Of a stretch of DNA of 61,479 nt, positions 1 through 7,815 are shown one piece after another. Source of the DNA: a virus. Lineage: Duplodnaviria; Caudoviricetes. The notes beneath the pieces were generated by a model. That model searched no databases. It saw nothing but the letters and a program-made list of their open reading frames with translations, and had not been told where the DNA came from. The stretch is from IMG/VR virus record IMGVR_UViG_3300009155_000068, positions 1 to 61,479 of that record, one strand, 5' to 3'. The first letter of the stretch is position 1; every line of letters starts with the position of its first letter. A program made the translations under genes and the position numbers.

Positions 1-1
1 C

Positions 2-259
2 CGTGATGTATGGGAAAGCCTGTATCAGAATATTAACCTGCTGTTCATTGACGAACTTATTGACAACGGCTTGGACGCCAGCGGTGTTGAAAGTGCGCTG
101 GCAGTCTTAAAGAAGATGGCACGTGAACGCAACAAGAATATCTATCTAATCAGTCACAAAGACGAATTAATTGGTAGGGTAAACAATGTTCTTAAAGTAA
201 TTAAAGAAAATGGATTTACCAGTTACGATAATGATCTTGAAATATTAAATGAGCAGTAA
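2..259 (+). CDS. gp46: Recombination endonuclease ATPase subunit (T4 gp46/SbcC/Rad50-like), C-terminal fragment, 5'-truncated by window
   Basis: Frame open from window start: RDVWESLYQNINLLFIDELIDNGLDASG (Walker B and D-loop), then IYLISHK (H-loop), typical of ABC/SMC ATPase C-termini. Confidence 0.88.
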   Translation, partial: RDVWESLYQNINLLFIDELIDNGLDASGVESALAVLKKMARERNKNIYLISHKDELIGRVNNVLKVIKENGFTSYDNDLEILNEQ

Positions 260-503
260 GCACGACGACATCATGAGTGCGTTTCGAAAGTATTTTGAAG
301 CCAATCAAAAGTGGGAAGTAGAACGGACTAAACGTAGTTCTATACAACTACGACAGAGTCTCAGCAGGATTAGAGAACTATGCTCAGATCAGCGTGTTAT
401 TGTGCGCGAGTGGGCAAGAATTAAAGAGGCAGAACTAGCAGAACGAGAGGCAAGAAGACAGGCTCAAAAGAGACAACAGGCAGAGGGCAGCGATGATAAC
501 TAA
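249..503 (+). CDS. Hypothetical small helical/coiled-coil protein
   Basis: 84-aa ORF overlapping the gp46 stop, co-directional, charged and helical in composition. Confidence 0.7.
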   Translation: MSSKHDDIMSAFRKYFEANQKWEVERTKRSSIQLRQSLSRIRELCSDQRVIVREWARIKEAELAEREARRQAQKRQQAEGSDDN

Positions 504-508
504 GTGCC

Positions 509-934
509 ATGACATGGTACTTCCAAAATGAAATCGTTGAAACACTGCCCGAAGATTGTGTTGGATTTGTGTATCTAATTACAAATAATATCACAGGCAG
601 AAAATATATAGGCAAGAAGTTAGCCAAATTTGCAAAAACAACATATAAAACAGTAAAATTAAAAAACGGTACTAAAAAGAAAAAGAAGATTAGATCTAAG
701 ATTGATTCAGATTGGCGCGACTACTACGGGTCAAATCTAGAATTAAGCAAAGACGTAGACACACTAGGCAAAGAAAATTTCAAACGAGAGATAATGTTTT
801 ACTGTAAAAGTAAATCAGAATGTTCTTACATAGAGGCCAGAGAACAATTTACACACAAAGTTCTAGAATCAAAAGATTATTACAACGGACAAATTTCAGT
901 CCGTATACATGGCTCACACATATTAAAATCATAG
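509..934 (+). CDS. Stand-alone GIY-YIG family endonuclease
   Basis: GFVYLITN...KYIG motif, YYGS, a later Glu (IEARE) and terminal YYN; Lys-rich insertion KLKNGTKKKKKIRSK. Confidence 0.85.
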   Translation: MTWYFQNEIVETLPEDCVGFVYLITNNITGRKYIGKKLAKFAKTTYKTVKLKNGTKKKKKIRSKIDSDWRDYYGSNLELSKDVDTLGKENFKREIMFYCKSKSECSYIEAREQFTHKVLESKDYYNGQISVRIHGSHILKS

Positions 935-949
935 GCTCCTAAGCGGTAT

Positions 950-1370
950 AAGCAAGCACAAGCTAAAGTCGTGTGCCCACGCCAACTCGATAATAAGAGG
1001 GACGGAAATCTCTAGCCGCCAGAGTACTCAATCACTACCCGAAAGGATGATGATAGCAAAGCCCTTGCTGTTTGATTGTTTTAGAAATAATAGGCGAAAA
1101 GAGGGAGAAAAACCCACGTTTGCTGGCATGTTAGCGTATGCCTGTAGACCGCCGTCGTAATAAAGACTAAGCTCGAGGTACCGGACGACCGCCTCTGTAA
1201 TGCTTTAACGCTAAGTGACATAAGTGCAACTCAGATAATGTCCATTTCTTTGCCCGGTCAGGGCAAAGTGTGACTGAACAATCTAGATAATATCTTAAGT
1301 GCTTCGCACAATTACTTCTAGATAAATGCATTGAGCCTAGCGAAATGCAAGTGAGCGTAAGCTCACTTTT
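950..1370 (+). ncRNA. Candidate large structured non-coding RNA (family unassigned)
   Basis: The 464-bp gap is the longest in the window. Stems: 1029-1034/1073-1078 enclosing CC-GAAA-GG and 1054-1070; 1118-1149; 1175-1195; 1248-1268; 1281-1287/1317-1323; 1349-1368. GNRA loops and G-U pairs fit the + strand. Confidence 0.55.
1349..1370 (+). terminator. Hairpin AAGTGAGC-GTAA-GCTCACTT followed by T/A run; probable terminator or 3' end of the RNA
   Basis: Perfect 8-bp stem, GNRA loop, short T tract. Confidence 0.55.
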
Positions 1371-1372
1371 AA

Positions 1373-1378
1373 TAAATA
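1373..1378 (+). promoter_or_regulatory. Late promoter TAAATA
   Basis: Core of the T4 gp55 late promoter TATAAATA; the same motif precedes most structural genes in this window. Confidence 0.55.
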
Positions 1379-1398
1379 AACTATAATTCAATATTCCT

Positions 1399-2283
1399 AT
1401 GAAAATTAAAGAACTTATCTCAGAAGCTGCCCCAATTAATTTTGTACAATGGTCGCCTAGTAATCCTAGTCTACGTGGCCCTTCGTCTCAGATAAGAGTA
1501 GCTCAAAAAAGTGCGGTTGCTAAAGGTGTACAAAGTGGACGTATTTTACTTAAAAGAGTAGATAGATTTTTGGCCAAAGGTCGATATGCTCCTATAATTA
1601 AATCTAAAAGTGCATTCTGGCGTAATAGTGGTAGGCTTATGCGCCTATGGACCCTAATAGGATTTGCCGGGTTAATTGAATCGTACTATGACAAGAAGTC
1701 TGCATTGGCAATTATGCGAGGATTACCTCCAGACGACGAAGATTATATGAGCGAGGATGATTATAATATTGCGTCTCGTCTGGCACTTGAATCACTGGCT
1801 GTGGAAATATTACTATCTCAAGGATTTGTGAGACTCCTACAGATGATGAAGATAGGCAAATGGGTAGTAACACTAGCTGGAGCATTTGGTAGTGCAGCAT
1901 CTCTAGGCACTAGTTTTGCTTTATTTCTAGCATCAGAATATGCTATGATTAAATTTCAAGATTGGTTAAAAACTGACAGTGGTCAAAAAATAGTTTCTTT
2001 TGCAGTGGCCTGGTGTGTAGATCCTATTCTTGGAGATCAATTTAAATTCATGGAACCATTTACTGCAAAACTTGGAGAGTTTGTCGGCCTAGCTAAATCA
2101 AAACCCAATGTAGTTGATCAACCAAATAAAGATAAACTAACTCCAGATGATAAGAAATCAAATTCTGGACAAGCAGGACAAGCAGAAAGACCAGATACTA
2201 CTATTCCAACACCTAATGTAGCACCAAGTTACAAAGGTGATCCCAATGAGTTAACTAAACGTGCGCCAATGCCGTTTACTTAA
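1399..2283 (+). CDS. Hypothetical protein with hydrophobic segments; possible internal head/ejected protein
   Basis: 294-aa ORF; N-terminus MKIKELISE; hydrophobic stretches such as WVVTLAGAFGSAASLGTSFALFLA; low-complexity C-terminus. Confidence 0.7.
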   Translation: MKIKELISEAAPINFVQWSPSNPSLRGPSSQIRVAQKSAVAKGVQSGRILLKRVDRFLAKGRYAPIIKSKSAFWRNSGRLMRLWTLIGFAGLIESYYDKKSALAIMRGLPPDDEDYMSEDDYNIASRLALESLAVEILLSQGFVRLLQMMKIGKWVVTLAGAFGSAASLGTSFALFLASEYAMIKFQDWLKTDSGQKIVSFAVAWCVDPILGDQFKFMEPFTAKLGEFVGLAKSKPNVVDQPNKDKLTPDDKKSNSGQAGQAERPDTTIPTPNVAPSYKGDPNELTKRAPMPFT

Positions 2284-2504
2284 ACTAAGGGCATCTGAGT
2301 TTTTTCTGTAATTTCTATATTTTCTTTAACAATTTTACTCAGTATTTCTCTATCTTCATAAGAATATATGTAGAGTAAGTCATTAATTGTGACTCCCCCT
2401 CTCATATACCAACTGAGTCTAAATAAATTTTCTTTAAAACTTTTTGCGCTTGAGTCGATGCTGACTAGATATGGTTCTATGTCAGAGTTGGGCAGTTCGA
2501 TCAA
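2280..2504 (-). CDS. gp51-like baseplate/tail assembly chaperone segment, probably reached by -1 frameshift from the upstream ORF
   Basis: Helical motif LFRLSWYMRGGVTINDL...YEDREIL; only a TTG start overlapping the upstream TGA; lies in the -1 frame after T-TTT-TTC. Confidence 0.6.
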   Translation of the reverse strand: MIELPNSDIEPYLVSIDSSAKSFKENLFRLSWYMRGGVTINDLLYIYSYEDREILSKIVKENIEITEKTQMPLV

Positions 2505-3325
2505 GCGTCTACGAAAAAATTTGATTGATCCATCTGAATAGCCACTGCGCTGTCATGCTCGCAAGATTCGCATTTTACCTGCATGTCGGGCACACGCCAT
2601 GTTTGATTATTTTTTTCTATCTGTTGTTTAATAGCATCAAACATACTTTTTTCTGAATTAATAATCCATTCTGCAATAAACGCCCGTTCGTCAACTACAG
2701 TCTGTGGTGCTTGTACACTTTCAATGCTGGCAATGTATGATTCATTTTGAATTATGGCTAATTTTTCATAGAGCTCTGCAATTATTTTAGACTTAGCATC
2801 TTCATCTTCTAAATTTAAACTTTGTCGAAGTTGTCTTTGAAGTTCAAAATTCTTTAAATTAAACTCAGTCATTGTTTTATAATCCAACGGTCTAATTGAT
2901 ATAGTTAACTCATCAATAGTAACCTTGTTGTCATACTTACATTTGCTAAAATGATCAATCAATGACATTAAATCAACATTATACTCATTCTCAGTTCCGC
3001 AGTTAGGACAATTATGCTCAATGCCCATGTTGCTACCATAGGTAGCAATACGTATAGCCACTAGTAGCATGTCTAAGTCTAAATTACAAATTTCCCAAGC
3101 ATTTTTAATGTTTGGGACACAACTTTGTATGACTCTAATAGTAGCTTCTCCATTCATTAGAGCATCAGGTGTTTTCAACAATAGTTCGTCCATGCCGGTC
3201 ATTGACATAACGGGCAGTTGTCCTATGGCATTGTCCACTGCATCTCCGCTATAGTACATGCCTTGACTGGGTAGCGTGATATAAATTTTTGGTTGACGAA
3301 AATATTTCTGTAGCGGATTATTCAT
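2501..3325 (-). CDS. gp26: T4 gp26-like baseplate hub assembly protein / tail chaperone
   Basis: P-x-I-Y-I-T-L-P-S N-terminus, LDLDMLLVAIRIATYG, two CxxC motifs (CPNC, CESC), C-terminal FF. Confidence 0.7.
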   Translation of the reverse strand: MNNPLQKYFRQPKIYITLPSQGMYYSGDAVDNAIGQLPVMSMTGMDELLLKTPDALMNGEATIRVIQSCVPNIKNAWEICNLDLDMLLVAIRIATYGSNMGIEHNCPNCGTENEYNVDLMSLIDHFSKCKYDNKVTIDELTISIRPLDYKTMTEFNLKNFELQRQLRQSLNLEDEDAKSKIIAELYEKLAIIQNESYIASIESVQAPQTVVDERAFIAEWIINSEKSMFDAIKQQIEKNNQTWRVPDMQVKCESCEHDSAVAIQMDQSNFFVDA

Positions 3326-3339
3326 ATTTTTACCTCGGA

Positions 3340-3362
3340 TAAATATAATACGTGTATTTATA
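3340..3362. promoter_or_regulatory. Overlapping divergent late promoters: TAAATA (+, 3340-3345) and perfect TATAAATA (-, 3362-3355)
   Basis: Both motifs lie in the 61-bp gap between the divergent gp26-like and tape-measure-like genes. Confidence 0.7.
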
Positions 3363-3386
3363 TACCCACTTTTTTGGTAAAAAATT

Positions 3387-5714
3387 ATGTCATTAACTCA
3401 ACAGGATCTATTAGACGTACTGCGAACAGCTAACCGCCAGGGCTATTTTGCTAGTATGGGTGGAGGTGGAGGTGGTGGTGGAGGAGGTGGTGGAGGAGGT
3501 GGTGGAGGAGGTGGCCTCAATAATACAGTAGAAAAAGAAACTAATCCTGCCTTAGAAAAATTAGGAAATATTCTTAAAACTGGTGCTGGCGAAATATATG
3601 ACGGATTTAAAAAGATTTCTGATCAAAGTTACACTGTTGCTGATGCCAGTAAAGGCCTAGCAAATGTATTTGATACTATGGGCGGCACTGCTGGTCATGC
3701 AGCAGCTACGGTCATAGGCGATCTTGGAAAATATGGACAAGAAAGTGTAGAAAAATTTCGAGAAGTTAGCAAGTTTGGGGCTAGCTTTGGCAATGATGCT
3801 ATAGGATTTAGAGCAGGAGCAGCACAAACTCGTATGAGTTTTGATGAATATACTAATTTTATATCTAAGAATAAAGATAATCTAGTGGGACTTGGTGGAA
3901 CAGTTACTGAAAGTGCTAAATCATTTAATAAGTTTTCTAAAGATTTTATGGATACCGATGTAGCAGATAAGATGAGATCCATGGGTTATTCTACTGAAGA
4001 ACTTAATACTGTGTTAATAGGCACTATGGCCACACAACGATTAGTGGATCGCAGCAACGCAGATGCAAACAAAGTTGCAGTACACGCCGCAGAAGATCTA
4101 GCCACACAGATGGATGCAGTGGCCAAGATAACTGGTAAGAGTAGACAAGAACAAGAAGAAGCAATGAAAGCTAGGGCCACTGATGCACAATATCAAGCCA
4201 TGGAAAAACTATCATTAATGGGACTTAATGAGAAAGAAAAAGCAGCTAGGGCAGCATCCATTGCACAAATGCAGGCCAGCGCACACTCACTGGGACCAGC
4301 AGTTGAAGGTGTAGTCAAAGAAATGGCCACAGGCGGTGTTCGAAGCAAAGAAGCCAGCGAACAGATGGCAGCACTTGGTCCTGCTGGCAAACAATTACAA
4401 GACGCTGTCAACGCTAGTAAAAGTGCTAAAACAGAAGAAGATAAAATCCGTGCTGATAGATTAATGAAAGATGCTGAAGCAGCAATTATAGCACAGCAGA
4501 ACAGTAAAGGATATTTAGAAGCTCAACAATTAGGTATAGGCGCATTTAAAACCGGTGCTGAAAGTACTATGAGTTATAGTAAGTCTATGGATGCTACTCT
4601 TATAGAGATGAATTCTAGTAGATCAGAAGGTAACAAATTAAACTTAGCCAATGCAGAAGATGCTAAAAAAGTTAAAGCAGAAATGGATAAGCAGGTTAAG
4701 AATGAACAAGAAAGTAAAGATAAAGCTGGTAAGAAGATAGAAGGCGCAGCTACTACTGATGCTATTATTAAATTTGAAAGTCGTGCCAAAGATGCAGGAG
4801 CAGCCATTAATGCAAATCTAGTGGCACCATTAAATGAAGCACTGGGTAAGAGTATTAGAGAGTATGCTGAGAAAACAGATCCAAAGACTGGAAAAGCTCG
4901 CGGGAATCCTTTAGATAACGTTCAAGATGGTGTAAGTTATAGATCTAGAGTAGAAGCACCAATTGGAGCATTGACTAATTCAATACTGGGCGGACAAGAT
5001 ATAGCTGCTCAACCTAAGAAAATCACTGATAAAGATACAGGAAAAACATATCAAAAACCCAGAGAACTTGAAGCATTTAAGAACAAAGAATCATTAACTA
5101 ATACAATAAGTAATTTGACTAAGATGAATGTAACTGATTTAACAGTATTAGGAAAATTTAATCCCGGAGTAGGTAGACAGAAAGGCTCGCTAGGAGAAAC
5201 TGGTAGTTTATTTGAAAACTTTGGCTCTGGTACATTGGCCATGCTGCACGGAAAAGAATCTGTGGTAACAGAAGAGCAAATGAAATCTTTAATGACAGGA
5301 ATTCAAAGTTCTAATGTAGAAGGCATGCTTAAAAATCTAACCAGTAGTGTGGGATCGGTTAAAGGTGAATCAGGAATTGATATTGGTAAGATGTCTAAAG
5401 ATTTTAGTACTAGTATTAGTTCAATTGCACCAAAAATAGCATCTCCGTCTATGAATGGACTAAGAAAAAATGTAGACGGCCCAGGCAAGGCGGAATTAGA
5501 AATGGCTGCAATGGGTATGACTCCGTCTAGTGCTAACACTAAATCAGAAAGTACAACTCCTACTAAAGAAAAAACCATATCTGATTTGGACGACAAGCTA
5601 GATCAATTAAATAAGACTATGATGCAATTGGTTGCAATATCAGCACAGACTGCTGAAAATAGCGGTAAACAGATCAAAGCCACTAAAGGGTTGGGCGGAA
5701 ACTTATTCGCTTAA
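3387..5714 (+). CDS. Tape measure-like protein
   Basis: 775 aa, Ala/Lys/Glu-rich and helical; C-terminal FGSGTLAMLHGKESVVT motif seen in tape measure tails; adjacent to a chaperone-like pair. Confidence 0.65.
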   Translation: MSLTQQDLLDVLRTANRQGYFASMGGGGGGGGGGGGGGGGGGGLNNTVEKETNPALEKLGNILKTGAGEIYDGFKKISDQSYTVADASKGLANVFDTMGGTAGHAAATVIGDLGKYGQESVEKFREVSKFGASFGNDAIGFRAGAAQTRMSFDEYTNFISKNKDNLVGLGGTVTESAKSFNKFSKDFMDTDVADKMRSMGYSTEELNTVLIGTMATQRLVDRSNADANKVAVHAAEDLATQMDAVAKITGKSRQEQEEAMKARATDAQYQAMEKLSLMGLNEKEKAARAASIAQMQASAHSLGPAVEGVVKEMATGGVRSKEASEQMAALGPAGKQLQDAVNASKSAKTEEDKIRADRLMKDAEAAIIAQQNSKGYLEAQQLGIGAFKTGAESTMSYSKSMDATLIEMNSSRSEGNKLNLANAEDAKKVKAEMDKQVKNEQESKDKAGKKIEGAATTDAIIKFESRAKDAGAAINANLVAPLNEALGKSIREYAEKTDPKTGKARGNPLDNVQDGVSYRSRVEAPIGALTNSILGGQDIAAQPKKITDKDTGKTYQKPRELEAFKNKESLTNTISNLTKMNVTDLTVLGKFNPGVGRQKGSLGETGSLFENFGSGTLAMLHGKESVVTEEQMKSLMTGIQSSNVEGMLKNLTSSVGSVKGESGIDIGKMSKDFSTSISSIAPKIASPSMNGLRKNVDGPGKAELEMAAMGMTPSSANTKSESTTPTKEKTISDLDDKLDQLNKTMMQLVAISAQTAENSGKQIKATKGLGGNLFA
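3459..3515 (+). repeat. GGN microsatellite encoding 19 consecutive Gly
   Basis: 57 nt of GGT/GGA codons (final codon GGC) read directly from the sequence. Confidence 0.95.
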
Positions 5715-5717
5715 ATA
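5712..5717 (+). promoter_or_regulatory. Late promoter TAAATA overlapping the upstream stop codon
   Basis: 7 nt before the portal ATG; no Shine-Dalgarno (SD) sequence. Confidence 0.6.
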
Positions 5718-5724
5718 ATACACT

Positions 5725-7452
5725 ATGTCATGGAAAAAATACTTTTCGCCTGTACCTACTGGTAGTAGTACCAGTAATGTTACATCAATGAACTCTGCTA
5801 GTAAAGCAGGGCCAGCACGAACAAACTACAGTTCATATCTACCAGATATCTACTCTGGCAGTCCAAATCGTGTTGAACGTTATCTACAGTATGATACTAT
5901 GGACAGCGATCCAGAAGTTAATGCAGCCTTAGATATTTTAGCTGAATTTTGTACACAGCTATCAAAAGAAAACAACACTCCGTTTACTGTACAATGGCGC
6001 AGTAAGGCCACTAACAGTGAAATACATATCCTAAAAGAATACCTACAACAGTGGACAAAACTACAAAAGTTTGACACTAGAATGTTTCGTATCATTAGAA
6101 ATATTTTCAAATACGGTGATGGATTCTTTATCCGTGATCCAGAGAATCAAAAATGGTTCTATGTTGATTCAGGTAAAGTTGTTAAGATCATTGTCAACGA
6201 AAGTGACGGGAAAAAGCCCGAACAATATGTTATCCGTGACCTAAATCCAAACTTTATGAATTTAGTTGTAACACAGATTACACCCAATATTCATCAAACA
6301 ACCAACGGTGGATCTAGTTATGTAGCAGGCGGCGGCGCCGCACGTGGAATGACTGGAGCATATCCTACTCAAGCAGGAACACGTTTTAGTACAGGTGAAC
6401 AAGAGCTGGCAGTTGATGCTAGACACGTGATACACCTAAGTCTATCAGAAGGATTAGACAACAACTATCCGTTTGGTAATAGTCTACTTGAAAACGTTTT
6501 TAAAACTTATAAACAAAAAGAATTGCTAGAAGATGCGATTCTAATCTATCGTATACAACGTGCGCCAGAGCGCAGAATTTTTTATATTGACGTGGGAAAT
6601 ATGCCCAGTCACTTGGCCATGAGCTTTGTTGAACGAGTTAAAAATGAAATTCATCAACGCAGAATTCCTAGCCAAAGCGGTGGCGGCAACAATGTTATTG
6701 ACAGTGCCTACAACCCATTGAGTATCAACGAAGACTACTTCTTCCCGCAGACAGCAGAGGGTCGTGGATCAAAAGTTGACACACTTCCAGGTGGTACTAA
6801 CCTAGGTGAAATTGACGATTTAAAATACTTTACCAACAAGTTGTTCCGTGGTTTAAGAATTCCAAGTAGCTATCTGCCAACAGGTGCAGATGACAGCCAA
6901 GCACAGTATAACGATGGTCGCGTTGGCACAGCATATATTCAAGAACTACGTTTTAACAAGTACTGTGAACGTTTACAAGCACTAGTTTCAAGTATTTTTG
7001 ACCAAGAATTTAAAATGTTCTTGTACTCAAAAGGTGTAAACATTGACTCATCATTGTTTGATCTTAAGTTTAATCCACCAATGAACTTTGCTAGCCAGCG
7101 CCAAGCAGAGCTGGACGGCAATAGAATTAATACATTTAACACAGTACAGGCAGTGCCCTTTATGTCAAAACGTTTTGTACTAAAACGATTCTTAGGATTA
7201 ACCGACGAAGAAGTTGCAGAAAACGAACGTCTATGGGCAGAAGAGAAAGGTGAATCTATACCTGTACACACTGACAGCGCCGGAGAATTACGTTCAGCAG
7301 GTCTAAGTCAAGCCGGTATTGAAGCAGATATTGAAGCCAGCGCACCAGAAGGTGCACCTGAAGATATGATGCCACCTGAGCCAGGTGCTGGAGGCGGAGC
7401 ACCAATGCCAGCACCCACAGGTGCACCGGCTACTCCACCGCCGGCAGCATAA
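5725..7452 (+). CDS. gp20: Portal vertex protein
   Basis: LLEDAILIYRIQRAPERRIFYIDVGNMP, EDYFFP...GRGSKVDTLPGG.NLGEIDDLKYF.NKL.RGL..P.S: hallmark T4 gp20 motifs. Confidence 0.97.
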   Translation: MSWKKYFSPVPTGSSTSNVTSMNSASKAGPARTNYSSYLPDIYSGSPNRVERYLQYDTMDSDPEVNAALDILAEFCTQLSKENNTPFTVQWRSKATNSEIHILKEYLQQWTKLQKFDTRMFRIIRNIFKYGDGFFIRDPENQKWFYVDSGKVVKIIVNESDGKKPEQYVIRDLNPNFMNLVVTQITPNIHQTTNGGSSYVAGGGAARGMTGAYPTQAGTRFSTGEQELAVDARHVIHLSLSEGLDNNYPFGNSLLENVFKTYKQKELLEDAILIYRIQRAPERRIFYIDVGNMPSHLAMSFVERVKNEIHQRRIPSQSGGGNNVIDSAYNPLSINEDYFFPQTAEGRGSKVDTLPGGTNLGEIDDLKYFTNKLFRGLRIPSSYLPTGADDSQAQYNDGRVGTAYIQELRFNKYCERLQALVSSIFDQEFKMFLYSKGVNIDSSLFDLKFNPPMNFASQRQAELDGNRINTFNTVQAVPFMSKRFVLKRFLGLTDEEVAENERLWAEEKGESIPVHTDSAGELRSAGLSQAGIEADIEASAPEGAPEDMMPPEPGAGGGAPMPAPTGAPATPPPAA

Positions 7453-7460
7453 ATAATATC

Positions 7461-7703
7461 ATGATTCTAAGAGAACTTTTTTATATTGATCCAGATACCA
7501 AGGCCATGGCCACGGATCTGCGCTACGATCAAAGCCGTGATACGTCTTTAATTCGTCGTAGCGACACTAGAAAAACTAGACTAAGTCTAGGACAGATCAA
7601 CGAGTTAAGAAAAAATTCCGAAAGTCACATACTTGAGCAAGAAGACGAATTAAGTTTTATCAACACAATGTACGGACAAGAGCCAGCAGCTCCTGCCGCT
7701 TAA
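7461..7703 (+). CDS. Small hypothetical head-module protein
   Basis: 80-aa ORF directly after the portal gene, preceded by TAAATA (7450-7455). Confidence 0.75.
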   Translation: MILRELFYIDPDTKAMATDLRYDQSRDTSLIRRSDTRKTRLSLGQINELRKNSESHILEQEDELSFINTMYGQEPAAPAA

Positions 7704-7711
7704 CATTATTA

Positions 7712-7740
7712 CAGAAGTTTAAGGCAAAACTTCTGCTTTT
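7712..7740 (+). terminator. Rho-independent terminator candidate
   Basis: CAGAAGTTT/AAACTTCTG 9-bp stem followed by CTTTT. Confidence 0.6.
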
Positions 7741-7774
7741 CCACCATTATAATACCGTTTTTTACATTTATATG

Positions 7775-7780
7775 TAAATA
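7775..7780 (+). promoter_or_regulatory. Late promoter TAAATA for the core/protease/scaffold/capsid operon
   Basis: Upstream of the AGGAG SD and ATG at 7816. Confidence 0.6.
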
Positions 7781-7815
7781 TAATCGACAGCCTTATACTA
7801 TATAGGAGACCTAAT

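Noticed and set aside
1160-1270. Group I intron-like core (GACAT/ATGTC pairing with an AGATA linker) next to a GIY-YIG gene
   Set aside because: No interrupted gene flanks it, and I could not find P3/P4/P6 elements or canonical R/S sequences. Kept only as an unassigned structured RNA.
1167-1391. 74-aa minus-strand ORF in the structured gap
   Set aside because: No SD or promoter, atypical composition, and it runs antisense through the hairpins.
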